From positions 297,228,001 through 297,292,000 of the forward strand of contig OZ024743.1 of NCBI GenBank assembly GCA_964016885.1: a stretch of 64,000 bases of DNA, given 5' to 3'. Source of the DNA: Eledone cirrhosa (lineage: Eukaryota). The position numbers and the translations under genes were made by a program. Shown here piece by piece: positions 35,688 to 48,040 of this stretch. Position 1 is the stretch's first letter, and the number at the start of each line of letters is the position of its first letter. Below the pieces are notes generated by a model that saw nothing but the letters and a program-made list of their open reading frames with translations, had not been told where the DNA came from and did not search any database.

Positions 35688-37296
35688 TGTGATAGATCGA
35701 TGGATAGATAGAAAGATAGGAAGGGGGTAGATAGATACATAATATATATATAACAATTCCTTTGTTATATATATATATATGAAACTATCTCTATCTTTTT
35801 CTGTCTTGTTTTGTTGCTAATCTTATTTATAGTTGGCTGGTTGAGCAATGATATTGAGACAACAATTCAATTAAAACTAAATACATCGGAGTGAAAGCAA
35901 CTGGTGCGTGTGTTTCTTATTGGCAACATGACCCTCCCAAAGTATAACAATATATATATATATATATAAAAATATATATATATATATATATGTCTTCAAT
36001 ATGTTTCTTCTCTATATTGATTAAATGGCTTCTCCAGCCAAGGTGAGTGGATGGGGAGTATTAATTGATACTGCTAACATCATTGCCACCAGCACTAGCA
36101 TTCCCACTATCAAGCTAAGTAAATCTTCAATTTTCCTAACAGACAAACCTGAAACTCTATTTTTATTGGTTATATTGCAATCTTGGATCAGCTGTTATTA
36201 AACAAAACATTCATTTTGTTAGCACCCCCACTACCATCAGCATTATGGTTATCATCCCCACAAATATCATCACAAACATCTACACTATGAGCCAACAAAA
36301 GTGTCTCTATGTGGTTGTTCAACCTGCTAGAAATAGCTGCCAAATCTCCCTACACATTCTACAATACAATAAAATAAGGATACGTTGAATAATATAGTCT
36401 TAGATTTGCTATTACTGAAAACAATATGAGGGTATTTAATCAATTCTGGTCATATTTTAGTCTTATTAGACCATCTCAGGGGAGCAAAAACCTCCCCATA
36501 GTGACCAAAGTGGTGATGAAAGGGATATAGCTGCATCCTCAGTTCAACAGATCTTGGAAGATAAGGAAAGATATGAGCAGGGTGGAAGTGACACAGTAGG
36601 AGCAGTAGCAGCTACAGGCTGCTTGCTGAGAGAACCACCATTCAAGGTGGAAAGAAGTCAGAGTAGAGAGGGTAGAAGAAGGGTAGAACCATTGGATTGG
36701 TGGGTACGTTAAGGGAAAGATACCCCTCTTTTTATGTGTGTATGTGTGAACAGCATCTTTGTTTAGATAGCAAAGAGATGGAGGGAAGCAAGACCAAGGT
36801 GAGATTGGATGAAAGGGGTGGGCTGGCATATTGGCATATATATATATATCGCAATTGTGAGGTTGTGATTTTGATTCCCAGACCAAGCGATGTGTTATGT
36901 CCTTGAGCAAGACACTTTATTTCATGTTGCTCCTTCTGTCTGGAGTTGTGATTGACAGATAGTATTAGCAATTGGAAAGACCAATGGAAACATCGTTTCC
37001 TTGGTCTGATTTGATGCACTCCATCCCACTCATTAAGTGAATTAGCAATATATATATATATATAACAAAGAAGGTGTGGTAAGATACGAGGTGGACCATA
37101 ATGCACCAGAGTACTCGATGCTTAGGGTAGTAGAGCGGGTAATAGGAAAAAGGGCAGGAGACCCCGACAGCTGAGATCCGGCCGTTTTGACAGCTAGATC
37201 CGAACTAGCTGTCGGATCTAGCTGTCGAAATGGCTGGAGCTTAATATGAACAAAATTTGTTTTGACTCTAACATGGTCATGGGGAATAACTAAATA

Positions 37297-37538
37297 TATT
37301 TGTGAGTGAATAATAATAATATTATTAATATTTGGTTTGTTTGAAAGTGAACAGTCTCATAACACCATGTGTGTTTTCTGGATGACTCTGTCATCCCTTT
37401 GTTCCAGTGGTAGATTGTTTTCTCTCAGCTACCACTGAAAATACACATGGTGTTAATGAGACTGTTTGCTTGCAAACAAACAAAATATTAATAATATCAT
37501 ATTATAATAATAACATTATCATTATTCACTCACAAATA
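37297..37538. mobile_element. MITE-like element with ~80-bp imperfect TIRs
   Basis: TATTTGTGAGTGAATAAT...ACAGTCTCATAACACCATGTGTGTTTTC / GAAAATACACATGGTGTTAATGAGACTGT...ATTATTCACTCACAAATA. Confidence 0.8.
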
Positions 37539-37639
37539 CATGTATATATATATATATACTAGCATGGAATGATGGACGTAAAAAAGTGATGATGATGATG
37601 ATGATGATATATATATATACATGTGTGTGTGTGTGTGTT

Positions 37640-37683
<44 letters not shown>

Positions 37684-37794
37684 GAGTATGATATTTTTCC
37701 CATACACTCCAACCTTTGCATGATTTCTACAACTGGATGTTCTTCCTAACACCAACCATATACAGAATGTACTGGGTGCATTTTATCATTTATA

Positions 37795-40700
37795 AATGCG
37801 AGCACTCCTCTTTGTTTCGTCCGCGGATGGCTAACATAACCCTATCTCCTCCCGCCCCCCACCACCCCCACCCTCCAAACGCAACCCAAAACTTCAGAGT
37901 TGGTACCATAAATGTAGGCACCCTAAAGGGTCGCTCTAACGAGGTTGTAGAAATGCTTGAACGTAAGGAGGTCGATGTTTGTTGTATTCAAGAGACCACG
38001 TGGAGGGGTGGGTCTGCTAGATTCATTGAGGGTAAAAAACGATGTTATAAGCTTTTCTGGGTGGGAAACGACGATGGGCTGGGTGGAGTAGGAATCATGG
38101 TAGCAGAAAAGTGGGCAGATAAGATAATAGACGTAAATAGAGTGAACGACAGAATAATTAAAATAAGACTTGTCCTCAATAGAACTACGGTGACAGTAAT
38201 ATCTGCGTACGCACCCCAATCCGGACTGCCCGGCACTATAAAAGACAGATTCTATGAGACACTGTTGCTAACTACCTCCCAAATATCTGACAGTGACTAT
38301 ATAATTATTGCAGGCGACCTAAATGGTCACGTTGGACAACATTGTGACGGCTACGGCGAAATCCATGGAGGCTATGGGTTTGGTACTAGAAATGAGGAAG
38401 GCTCCAGAATCCTGGAATACTGTGATGCAAATAACCTAACTATCTGTAACACTAACTTCAAAAAACGTGACAATCACCTGATCACCTATAGATCCGGGGA
38501 ACACACAAGCCAGGTAGATTATATCCTTACCAGAAGACGTGACAGAGTGTCTGTTGTAAACACTAAATCCCTCCCCCATGAAGAATGCACCTCCCAACAT
38601 AGACTGATAATTAGCGACCTCATAGTCAGGACGAGACGTACCCGACAGCAGAAGAGGACTATCCTCAGGAGGAAAATATGGAAACTAAAGGACCCCACAG
38701 CCAGAAATAAATTTCAAAGCATATTACTTGATGCTTTCGACAGTAAGGAAGAGCATCTAGAATCGGACAATATAGAGGGACAGTGGGAATTTCTGAAAGT
38801 AAACCTGCTGTTGGCGACAGACGAAGTCTGTGGCTGGAGCAGGCCTGTAGGCAGGAGGAGAGTAACATGGTGGTGGAACAGTAGGGTGGAGGGGTCAATT
38901 AAGGCCAAAAAGCAGGCTTGGAAAGTATGGCGGGATGGGGGAAGTAGAGTAGACTATCAAGTGGCCAGGAGGGAAGCTAGGAGAGAAGTGTACTTAGCAA
39001 GAAGGGAAGCTGAGGAAAGAAAGTTCAAGCATGTTCTACAACGCGATGACCAAAAACGTGAGGTGTTCAGGATTGCCAGGCAATGCGTCAAGGAAAACCG
39101 TGATATTGTCGGGGAGAAGTGTGTACTTAACGATGATGGCATACTTGCCATCACCGACACTGATAAGAAGGTAGCTTGGAAGTGTCACTATGAAAGGCTA
39201 CTAAATGAGGAGAATAAATGGGAGAAAGACAGTCTCCCCCATATCGACCCGATAGAGGGACCAGCAGTGTTAGTCGAGGGGAGTATAATAAGTAAGGCAA
39301 TCAAGGATATGAAGACTGGTAAGGCGGCTGGGCCTTCGGAAATAGTTGCTGAGATGCTGAAGGCATCTGGCACGGTGGGACACACCATGGTCACCCGCAT
39401 AGTTAACCAAGTCGTACAGAATGGGGTTGTTCCGAAGGACTGGCATAGCAGCATCATCGTTAACTGTTATAAGGGTAAAGGAGACGCCCTAGATAGGAGT
39501 AACTATAGAGGCATTAAATTAATCGACCAGGTCATGAAGGTCACGGAAAAAGTAATAGCGCAACTAATCAGAGAGAGAATTGATCTAGATGAAATGCAGT
39601 TCGGGTTTGTGTCAGGCAAAAGCACCACAGACGCTCTTTTCATAGTACGACAACTACAGGAGAAGTACCTAGCTAAAGGTAAACCCCTCTACTTAGCTTT
39701 TGTCGACCTGGAGAAAGCCTTCGACAGAGTCCCCCGCTCCATTATCTGGTGGGCTCTTAGAAAACTAGGCGTTGACGAATGGCTTGTGAGGGCTATACAA
39801 GCCATGTATAAAGAAACAGTCAGCAAGGTTAGAATTAACAACGAATATAGTGAAGAGTTTAGCGTAAAAGTTGGCGTCCATCAGGGCTCTGTTCTCAGCC
39901 CCCTACTATTTATTATTGCCCTTCAGGCTATAACAGAGGAGTTCAAGACAGGCTGCCCATGGGAACTCCTATACGCAGACGACCTGACACTCATAGCGGA
40001 ATCAATGGCCGAGCTAGAGAAGAAATTCCAAACATGGAAGCACGGCCTAGAGTCAAAAGGACTTAAAATTAACCTGGCTAAGACCAAAGTTCTAGTTTGT
40101 AGGAAAGAAAACAAGGCGGCGGTCCCTTCTGGGAAATGGTCGTGCTCGGTATGTAGGAAAGGCGTAGGTAGAAACTCCATCTTATGTCCTAAATGCAAAG
40201 TATGGGTGCATAAAAGATGTAGTGGGATCACAGGTAAGCTAACTAAGAACATAGACTTTACATGTGGCCGGTGTTCTGGTGCAATAAGTAGCAGCAAGTG
40301 CCCACAAAATACTAGCTCTTTCAATTGCGCAGAGGGTTCTATAGAAATAGTGGACAGCTTCCGTTACCTGGGCGATAAAATCAGCAGTGGGGGAGGGTGC
40401 TCTGAAAGTACTGTAGCTAGAGTCAGAACTGGTTGGAAAAAGTTCAGAGAGCTTATACCACTATTAGCTGCTAAAGGGTTCTCCCTAAAAATGAAAGGCA
40501 GGTTGTACGATGCCTGCATACGAACAGCAATGTTGCATGGTAGTGAGACCTGGGCATTGTGTGCAGAGGATATACGCAGACTAGAGAGGAACGAAGCTTG
40601 CATGCTCCGCTGGATGTGTAACAGTAATATACGTGAACGGCAAAGCATAAACGAACTAAAGAAAAAATTAGAGATAAGAGGGATCAGATGTTGTTTACTC

Positions 40701-41297
40701 GAGAGAAGGCTGCGTTGGTATGGACACGTGATGCGCATGAAAGTCGATAGCTGTATTACAAAGTGCAGGGCAATAAAGATAGACGGTAGCCACGGAATAG
40801 GCAGACCTAGAAAAACATGGGATGAGCTGATAAACTCCGACCTCACACACTTACACCTCTCCAAGACAATGTCACTGGACCGTGACCTTTGGCGGTACTC
40901 AGTAACAGAGAAGACCCGCCTTGCCAGTAGGCATCTCTAACAAAATACACCCCGTCCCGCCACCACCCCCACCCCATCCACACCACCCCGTTCTATGTAA
41001 AGTTATGTTGGTGCCGCGCCATCCATGCCGAAACAAATGAGATCGTGTAGGTGTCACGACAAAAAAACACACAGTCCACGCTGTAATGTAGCCGTGAAGG
41101 CAACACGGTAAAAACCTCCCAGACCCACACTGTAAATGTGGTTGGTGTTAGGAAGGGCATCCAACTGTAGAAAACCTGCCAGACAGTCCTATGCGAGCAA
41201 GACAATCACTCTTGCCTCAAGTGGGACTACCCCCGTCCAAACCCATGCAAGCGTGGAACACGGACGTTAAACGTTGATGATGATGATGATGATGATA
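37795..41297 (+). mobile_element. Near full-length RTE LINE (family B, copy 2)
   Basis: Homology to copy 1 begins at about 37795; complete ORF, 3' UTR, (ATG)n tail. Confidence 0.95.
37827..40940 (+). CDS. RTE ORF: APE + RT + PHD-type finger, uninterrupted
   Basis: ATG at 37827 (MANITLS) is shared with copy 1; APE motifs include SQVDYIL; YADD intact. The upstream codons of the 37716 ORF come from unrelated repeat DNA. Confidence 0.95.
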   Translation: MANITLSPPAPHHPHPPNATQNFRVGTINVGTLKGRSNEVVEMLERKEVDVCCIQETTWRGGSARFIEGKKRCYKLFWVGNDDGLGGVGIMVAEKWADKIIDVNRVNDRIIKIRLVLNRTTVTVISAYAPQSGLPGTIKDRFYETLLLTTSQISDSDYIIIAGDLNGHVGQHCDGYGEIHGGYGFGTRNEEGSRILEYCDANNLTICNTNFKKRDNHLITYRSGEHTSQVDYILTRRRDRVSVVNTKSLPHEECTSQHRLIISDLIVRTRRTRQQKRTILRRKIWKLKDPTARNKFQSILLDAFDSKEEHLESDNIEGQWEFLKVNLLLATDEVCGWSRPVGRRRVTWWWNSRVEGSIKAKKQAWKVWRDGGSRVDYQVARREARREVYLARREAEERKFKHVLQRDDQKREVFRIARQCVKENRDIVGEKCVLNDDGILAITDTDKKVAWKCHYERLLNEENKWEKDSLPHIDPIEGPAVLVEGSIISKAIKDMKTGKAAGPSEIVAEMLKASGTVGHTMVTRIVNQVVQNGVVPKDWHSSIIVNCYKGKGDALDRSNYRGIKLIDQVMKVTEKVIAQLIRERIDLDEMQFGFVSGKSTTDALFIVRQLQEKYLAKGKPLYLAFVDLEKAFDRVPRSIIWWALRKLGVDEWLVRAIQAMYKETVSKVRINNEYSEEFSVKVGVHQGSVLSPLLFIIALQAITEEFKTGCPWELLYADDLTLIAESMAELEKKFQTWKHGLESKGLKINLAKTKVLVCRKENKAAVPSGKWSCSVCRKGVGRNSILCPKCKVWVHKRCSGITGKLTKNIDFTCGRCSGAISSSKCPQNTSSFNCAEGSIEIVDSFRYLGDKISSGGGCSESTVARVRTGWKKFRELIPLLAAKGFSLKMKGRLYDACIRTAMLHGSETWALCAEDIRRLERNEACMLRWMCNSNIRERQSINELKKKLEIRGIRCCLLERRLRWYGHVMRMKVDSCITKCRAIKIDGSHGIGRPRKTWDELINSDLTHLHLSKTMSLDRDLWRYSVTEKTRLASRHL

Positions 41298-42506
41298 TCA
41301 ACAGCTGGCTTCCACACAGTTTCCATCTTCCAAATTTTTCTGGTTTTTAGAATAGGCACACCGGTTACCTTCATGAGGTCTAGGGAAACTCAAAGGGTTG
41401 GCATCAAGAAGGGCATCTGGCTGTAGGATACTGCCTCAAAACATCCTGTCCAACCCATATCAGCATGGAAAAATGGATGTAAAAATGATGATGATGATGG
41501 TGATGGTGATGATGGTGGTGGTGGTGGTGGTGGTGGTAATGATTATGATGATGATGATTGATGATGGTAATGGTGATGATGATGATGATGATGATGAAAA
41601 TGCAGGAGGCGTTGGTCAACTTGTTGGTGGCGGTGGTGGTGGTGGTGGTGGTGGTGGCGGTGCTCTTTAACCCCACAGCCATGCCTAACAACGAACATGT
41701 CCAAAACTCTACATCACATATGTCCAGATGCAAATCAAGCTTTTTAACCCGACAGCCATGCCTAACAACGAATGTATGCAAAATTCTACATCAAATATGT
41801 CCAGATCAAAATTATGTAATCTCCTAAATTACATATTCCAAGATCCAGGCTAACAGAATAAAAATCAAAAAAATAAGAACCAACCATTTTAATCAGCCTC
41901 AAGAAAGGAAGAAATTTGATTAACGTCAATATAAGATTAGGCTTAATAATAGAATGTGTGTATGTGTGTTTGTGTGTATATGTGCTTGTGTATGTGTGTG
42001 TGTACTGTGTATACATGTGTGTGTAGATGTGCGCATGTCTGTGTTAATGGTTGTGTGTGTTTAATGTGTGTGTATAATGTGTGTGTGTGCATGTGAATGT
42101 GAATGTGTGCAGGTGTGTGAATGTGTATGTAACTTGTGAATGTGTAGATGTATGAGTGTAGATGTGAATGTGCATGTGCCTAATGTGACTGTATAGGTGA
42201 GTGTGTATGTATCTGTGTGTATGCGTGTGAATGTGTGCATGTCTGTCTAGCACAGAATGTGATATAGGGAAACTGCTTATTGAATATACAGGAATACATC
42301 ACTGATTACTACATGTAATGTATTTTAGAAGATCTCCACAGTTAGTCAAATATATAAATACATGTAAAATCACCAGACTTTGAAGCATTTCTTTCAATTT
42401 TCAAAAATACCTTACGGGGGAATAAAGTGTTTGAAGATTGATATAAAAGATAAAGAAAATGGACACAGTTTTATGTTCTATGAGTTCATTGACTTTCATC
42501 AGTATA

Positions 42507-43560
42507 TGTAAATGATGATAATAATTATTTCTACTTTTAGCACAAGGCCAGCAATTACCCAGTACATTACTGGTACATTATTTTATCGACCCCGTAAGGA
42601 TCGATAAAATAAAGTACCAGTAATGTACTGGGTAATTGCTGGCCTTGTGCCAAAAGTAGAAACAATGTAAATGATGATAATAATTGTTTCTACTTTTGGC
42701 ACAAGGCCAGTACTTTATTTTATCGACCCCGTAAGGATGAAAGGCAAAGTTAACCTCGGTGCGATTTGAACTCAGAATGGCAAGGGGCGTAACTCTATAC
42801 GTCAAAGCATAGTGTCCGACCCTCTACCGATACTGCCAATCCATCCGTAAATGATGATAATAATGATTTCACTATAGGCACAAAGCCAGCAATTTGGGGA
42901 GGGGGGAAAAGTCGATTAAATCGACTCCAGTGCATTACTGGTTCTTCATTTATCGACCTCATAAGGATGAAAGGCAAAGCTAACCTCGGCAGGATTTGAA
43001 ATCATAACGTAAAGGGCCATAACTCTATGTTGCAAAGCATTGTGTCTGAGGCTTTACTGATACTGCCAATCCACTGCCTTTTTTTTCTTATTAATGATGA
43101 TAATAATTGTTTCTTATATAGGCACAAAGCCAGCAATTTTTTGAAAGTCGATTAAATCGAAACCAGTGTATTACTGGTACTTTATTTTATTGAACCCATA
43201 AGGATGAAAGGCAAAGCTAACCTCGGCAGAATTTGAACTCAGAATGTAAAGGAACGTAACTCTATGCCATAAATCATGTCCGATACTTTACTGATACTGC
43301 CAATCCACTGCCTTTTTTTTTCTTATCAATGATGATAATAATGATTTCTGATTTAGACACAAGGCCAACAATTTTAAGGAAAGGGGAAATCAATTAAATT
43401 GACTCCAGTGCATTACTAGTACTTTATTTTAATGACCCAGTAATGATGAAAACCCAAGATAACCATGTCAGAATTTGAATTCAGAATGTAAAGGGCTGTA
43501 ATTAAATGCTACAAAGCATTTTGTCCATTGCTCTAATAATTCTGCCAATGCCCTTGATAA
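42507..43560 (-). mobile_element. Cluster of head-to-tail family 1 SINEs plus an inverted SINE-tail hairpin
   Basis: Four tandem minus-strand copies (about 42680-42841, 42860-43080, 43100-43315, 43335-43553); 42525-42590 is inverted at 42601-42666. Confidence 0.85.
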
Positions 43561-44233
43561 TAATAATAATAATAATGGTTTCTGACCCAGTGAGATACCC
43601 TTAATATTTAGATCTGCCACTTATAGACCTTGAATGGTGATATTAACTCTGGATCATTGGTTGCAACAGTATAACCATAACATTTTGATATAAGTCAGCA
43701 AGTGCAGTTAGGTAAGACTCAGCCTTGTCTAAAATTAATAAGACATTTTTCATTTAAATCTGTAGACTTACAATATCCTTTGACCTCAGGACTAAAACGA
43801 TTCTTGAACTAATTTTCATATAAAGATGTTTAACTGCAAGCCTTTTGAATTTCAAATAAACTACTTACGAAGAATGCATGGGGTTTCTAATCAATTTAAA
43901 TGACCTGCAGCTTTTCAACCTTAAAGTGTTAAATGATCATAGATGACTTTAAACATGGCTGTAATTTTTCCCTTTGTATGAATTTAATTTAATTAGGAAT
44001 TTGTTTCTGAAATAATCCTGATTTGTCAACATTTACAATTTATTTATTAATATAACCACCATATTTTTTTTCCAATTCAGTAATATAAAGTAAACAGATA
44101 GAAATATTTAACCCATCTACATAATAAGCCTCAATTCCTACCATGCTTATTCTGAAAATAAAGTTGTGAAGATCTCAAAACATTAATAGGTTTAAAACTA
44201 ATAAAAAAAAAATGAAAAATCATGTTTCTAATA

Positions 44234-44266
<33 letters not shown>

Positions 44267-45541
44267 GATTTAATGTTTATTTTCTGTGATAGCATGGGTC
44301 CAATGGGTCATCATATTGCAGGTCAATACTTCTTCACAGTCCTCTCAGATGAGTTTAGGGTTGCATTTTGCTTACATTTATTCCTACATTATACATAGTG
44401 TACTGAGTGCATTTGATCCTAGTACCATCATTAGTAAGGTTTTCATGCCTTTGACATCACTGGAAAGTCCCCTCCACTCTTTGATTGGCAAGTTTTCTAT
44501 GGCTGGTTGCTCATCCTAACACTAATCCCTTTACAGGGTGTACAGGGTGTGGTTTATCATTACACCAACATTATATCATCCTCATTTTATGTCTGCTTTC
44601 TATGCTGGCATGGGCTGGATAAGTTGCTGAAGTTCGTGACTATACTGGGTAGAGAACCATGTCTTGCTCATATGTTTCATATTTGGCATGTTTTCTAAGG
44701 TTGGATGCCCTTCCTTAATTCTAACCACTTTATAGAGTGTACCCAACGTACTGGGTGTGTTTTATCATGGTACTATCACATATGATGAAAACAAAGTTTT
44801 AAATAATATTATATTTTTAAAAAATTCACGGTAAAATTTGTGAAAATACTCTTATAAACTGAAAAGAAAGGAACATTTAAGCCACACGCACACAATGGAT
44901 TTGGTAAATATTTGAGGATTTTTATTTCTTGGCAGCCAACAAAATTCCTGTTAAAAAGTCTGGATTATTTGCCAAGCTGAATCAAAAACCAAAAAAATAA
45001 CTCAAACCTCACAAAAAGACATACACACACACACACAAAAAAACAAACAAACAAACAAAAAAACAATTTCTGCCAGTACTGACTGGAAGCCAAGAATACT
45101 GAATTTTCTCCAATATCTGTATTGATCCCAATGTGTTGTAAACATACAATTACACACAATTACATCAGCATACATGCTGTGATGAGAAGGTGTTTCCGAC
45201 ACTCTCTGACACCAACAGTAAATTTTCATACATCGATAAACTGATATTTAACAACAGAAAAATGTCTGACGGGTGTTTTATCCGTTCCTCTCCCTCCATG
45301 CCCACCACTACCAACTTGCTCTATGTCTGCCAATAACATTATAGATTGATGTGATAATATTAGATCCAGCTTTTCAATAGTATTGAAACTGTCTCCTGAA
45401 GTTACTCCTCACATTAACGCTCATACAGTTCCTTCTCTCCTTTTATTTCTCTTTTCCTTTCTCTACCTCTGCTTTATCTCTTTATTTTCCTCCTCTGAAT
45501 GTCATTTACATACACACTCTCTCTCTCTCTCTCTCTCTCTC

Positions 45542-45612
<71 letters not shown>

Positions 45613-45818
45613 TTCATACAATGTCACACAGAGCCATGTGTATTGTTTCCCATATATACAGCTACCCCTGCAAAGTCTCTCACATTCACCCTCTTTCATT
45701 CACACAACCTCCTTCACAGTCTTGCATATGCATACCATGGCTAACTCACATAAACAGTTACTCACACCCTGTCACTCACACAACCCTCTCACTCATACAG
45801 CACTCACAGCCTACATAT

Positions 45819-46460
45819 CCTCTCACTCATACAGCCGCCCAATGACCTCTCACTCATACAGCCACCCAATGACCTCTCACTCATACAGCCACCCAATTCC
45901 CTCTCACTCATACAGCCACCCAATGACCTCTCACTCATACAGCCACCCAATGACCTCTCACTCATACAGCCACCCAATTCCCTCTCACTCATACAGCCAC
46001 CCAATGACCTCTCACTCATACAGCCACCCAATTCCCTCTCACTCACACAGCCACCCAATGACCTCTCACTCTCACAGCCACCCAATGCCCTCTCACTCAT
46101 ACAGCCACCCAATGACCTCTCACTCATACAGCCACCCAATGACCTCTCACTCATACAGCCACCCAATGACCTCTCACTCATACAGCCACCCAATGCCCTC
46201 TCACTCATAGAGTCACACACACCCTCTCATTCATACAGCCACCCAATGACCTCTCACTCATACAGCCACCCAATGACCTCTCACTCATACAGCCACCAGC
46301 ACCCTCTCACACATACAGTCACACACACCCTCTCATTCATACAGCCACCAGCTCCCTCCCATTCATACACTCACACACACCCTCTCACTCATAAAACCAC
46401 TCATGCCCTCTCGTTCATATAGCCAGCAGCACCCTCTCACTCATACAACCACTCATGCCC
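45819..46460. repeat. 27-bp minisatellite (CTCTCACTCATACAGCCACCCAATGAC)n
   Basis: Direct repeats; they produce the SHSYSHPMT / SERSLGGCM pseudo-ORFs. Confidence 0.95.
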
Positions 46461-46508
46461 ATGGGAGGGGGGTAGACTTAATTAATTAACCTGTTTAACA
46501 TCCCCCAC

Positions 46509-46640
46509 CTGGCTCTTCAGGCATCAAATCTATAGTAAGAATTCCAGCCAGGTTTCCAATTTGAGGCAACCTTCCTCCTACTCCCTGTGCCAGTAATTTC
46601 AGAGGCCCTGGAAAGTGTCATAAGCTTTGCTCTTCTCTCA
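46509..46640 (-). other. Candidate phase 1-1 exon (132 nt, or 99 nt from an inner acceptor at 46607)
   Basis: Acceptor ATTTATTTTTCCAG, donor CAG|GTGGGG; frame REEQSL*HFPGPLKLLAQGVGGRLPQIGNLAGILTIDLMPEEP. Confidence 0.27.
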
Positions 46641-47741
46641 CTGGAAAAATAAATGTAGCATCTTATCCACACAATTCCCCATGCTATCTCCCTCATAGCC
46701 ATTCACCCTAACACCCACAGTTTTGACCACACCTTTACCCAATCTGTCTCCACATTCTCTCTGTCTAGCATCCACACACATTCCCACACTGTCTTTCCCC
46801 CACACATTCCCACACAGTCTGTCTAGAATCCACACACATTCCCACACTAATTGTCACCCATATACATCCCCACACTCACTGTCAGGCAGATAGATTCCCA
46901 CACAGTCTGTCACCCACAGAAATTTCCACTGTTTATCATCCACACACATTCCTACACTACCTGTCACTCACACAGATTCCCAAACTGTCTGTCACCCATA
47001 AAAATTACCACACTGATTCTCACCCACACACATTCTGACATTGTCTGTCACCCACATAGATTCCTCACACTATTTATGTCACCCACCAGTGGTACCATAG
47101 TAACCAAAACAGACTAAGGTGGCCCACATTGCTGGTATTAGTATTTTGTCAAAGCCCTTTAATAGGTCTCACAAAATATATATTAGTGGTTCCCGTTACT
47201 CTCAGTCTTTCTCCTGATGTTGCTGTGTACATAAAGGCTCATATCATGAGTGCCCATAGATGACCAAACACCACATCAATATTCAGGAAGAACACCCTCT
47301 GTCAGTATGTGTAGCTTGTCTAAAAAAAGATCGTTGGCCTATATATGGAAGAATATTAGCATTTTGGAGAACAGGTCAATGCTGACAAGACAAAGATTCT
47401 AATCTAGCCAAGATCTCGATATATCAGTGTCTAGTCGTTTGAGCGAAGTCATTTTGAGTGAATTTCAAATCATGTGCATTTTGAGTGATGCCTATTAGGC
47501 GATGTCAGTTTATGTGTATATATATTGTATATACATATATATATATTTATTTAGGTTTGTTGGTTCACCACTGGATAGAACTGGTCATTCTGTGTGGTCA
47601 ACCTCGATGTAATATTATGGAGAGCACTCAACGTAATGCAACTCGCCCGTCTTCGTTTGTGTAGTTGGTGGGGCGAGTACGGAGTTAATTATTATAAAAT
47701 AACAGGAGTCTGGACTGGTGTAAATCCTTGAAAGGTTTATT

Positions 47742-47799
47742 ATACTATGATCATTTCAATGACCGGGTTCAGTATGAATCCGGTGACATCATCAGGTAA
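47742..47799 (-). ncRNA. Type I hammerhead (minus strand)
   Basis: TAC-CTGATGA-TGTCACCGGATTCATACTGAACCCGGTCATT-GAAA-TGATCA-TA-GTAT, then AATAAA. Confidence 0.8.
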
Positions 47800-47927
47800 T
47801 TCAAAATATAACAACTTGAGGGCAGCCGACAGAGGTAGAGGCTGCTAAATTGTCAGCCGCCTCTTGTCTCTGATTTTCATTTCAGCACCATGAATTTTAT
47901 CTGTTATATTCCTTTGTAATATTTTGA

Positions 47928-47985
47928 ATACCTGATGATATCACCGGATTCATACTGAACCCGGTCATTGAAATGATCATAGTAT
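47928..47985 (+). ncRNA. Type I hammerhead (plus strand)
   Basis: ATAC-CTGATGA-stem II ACCGG/CCGGT-GAAA-palindromic ATGATCAT-A-GTAT; cleavage predicted after 47981; AATAAA at 47986. Confidence 0.82.
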
Positions 47986-48040
47986 AATAAACCTTTCAAG
48001 GATTTACACCAGTCCAACCTCCTGTTATTTTATAATATAT

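Larger units (their letters stand above)
47691..48035. mobile_element. Fold-back element with a hammerhead ribozyme in each inverted arm
   Basis: Arms 47691-47809 and 47919-48035 are near-perfect reverse complements; ~110-bp spacer. Confidence 0.9.

Noticed and set aside
36470-36690. About 70 open codons after an AG on the plus strand
   Set aside because: Purine-rich low-complexity sequence, no good donor, no recognisable homology.
45383-46220. 275-aa SHSYSHPMT ORF and its antisense
   Set aside because: Product of (CT)n plus a 27-bp minisatellite; open on both strands.
46618-46620. In-frame TGA as selenocysteine
   Set aside because: No selenoprotein motif or SECIS seen; a CGA>TGA change or use of the inner acceptor is simpler.
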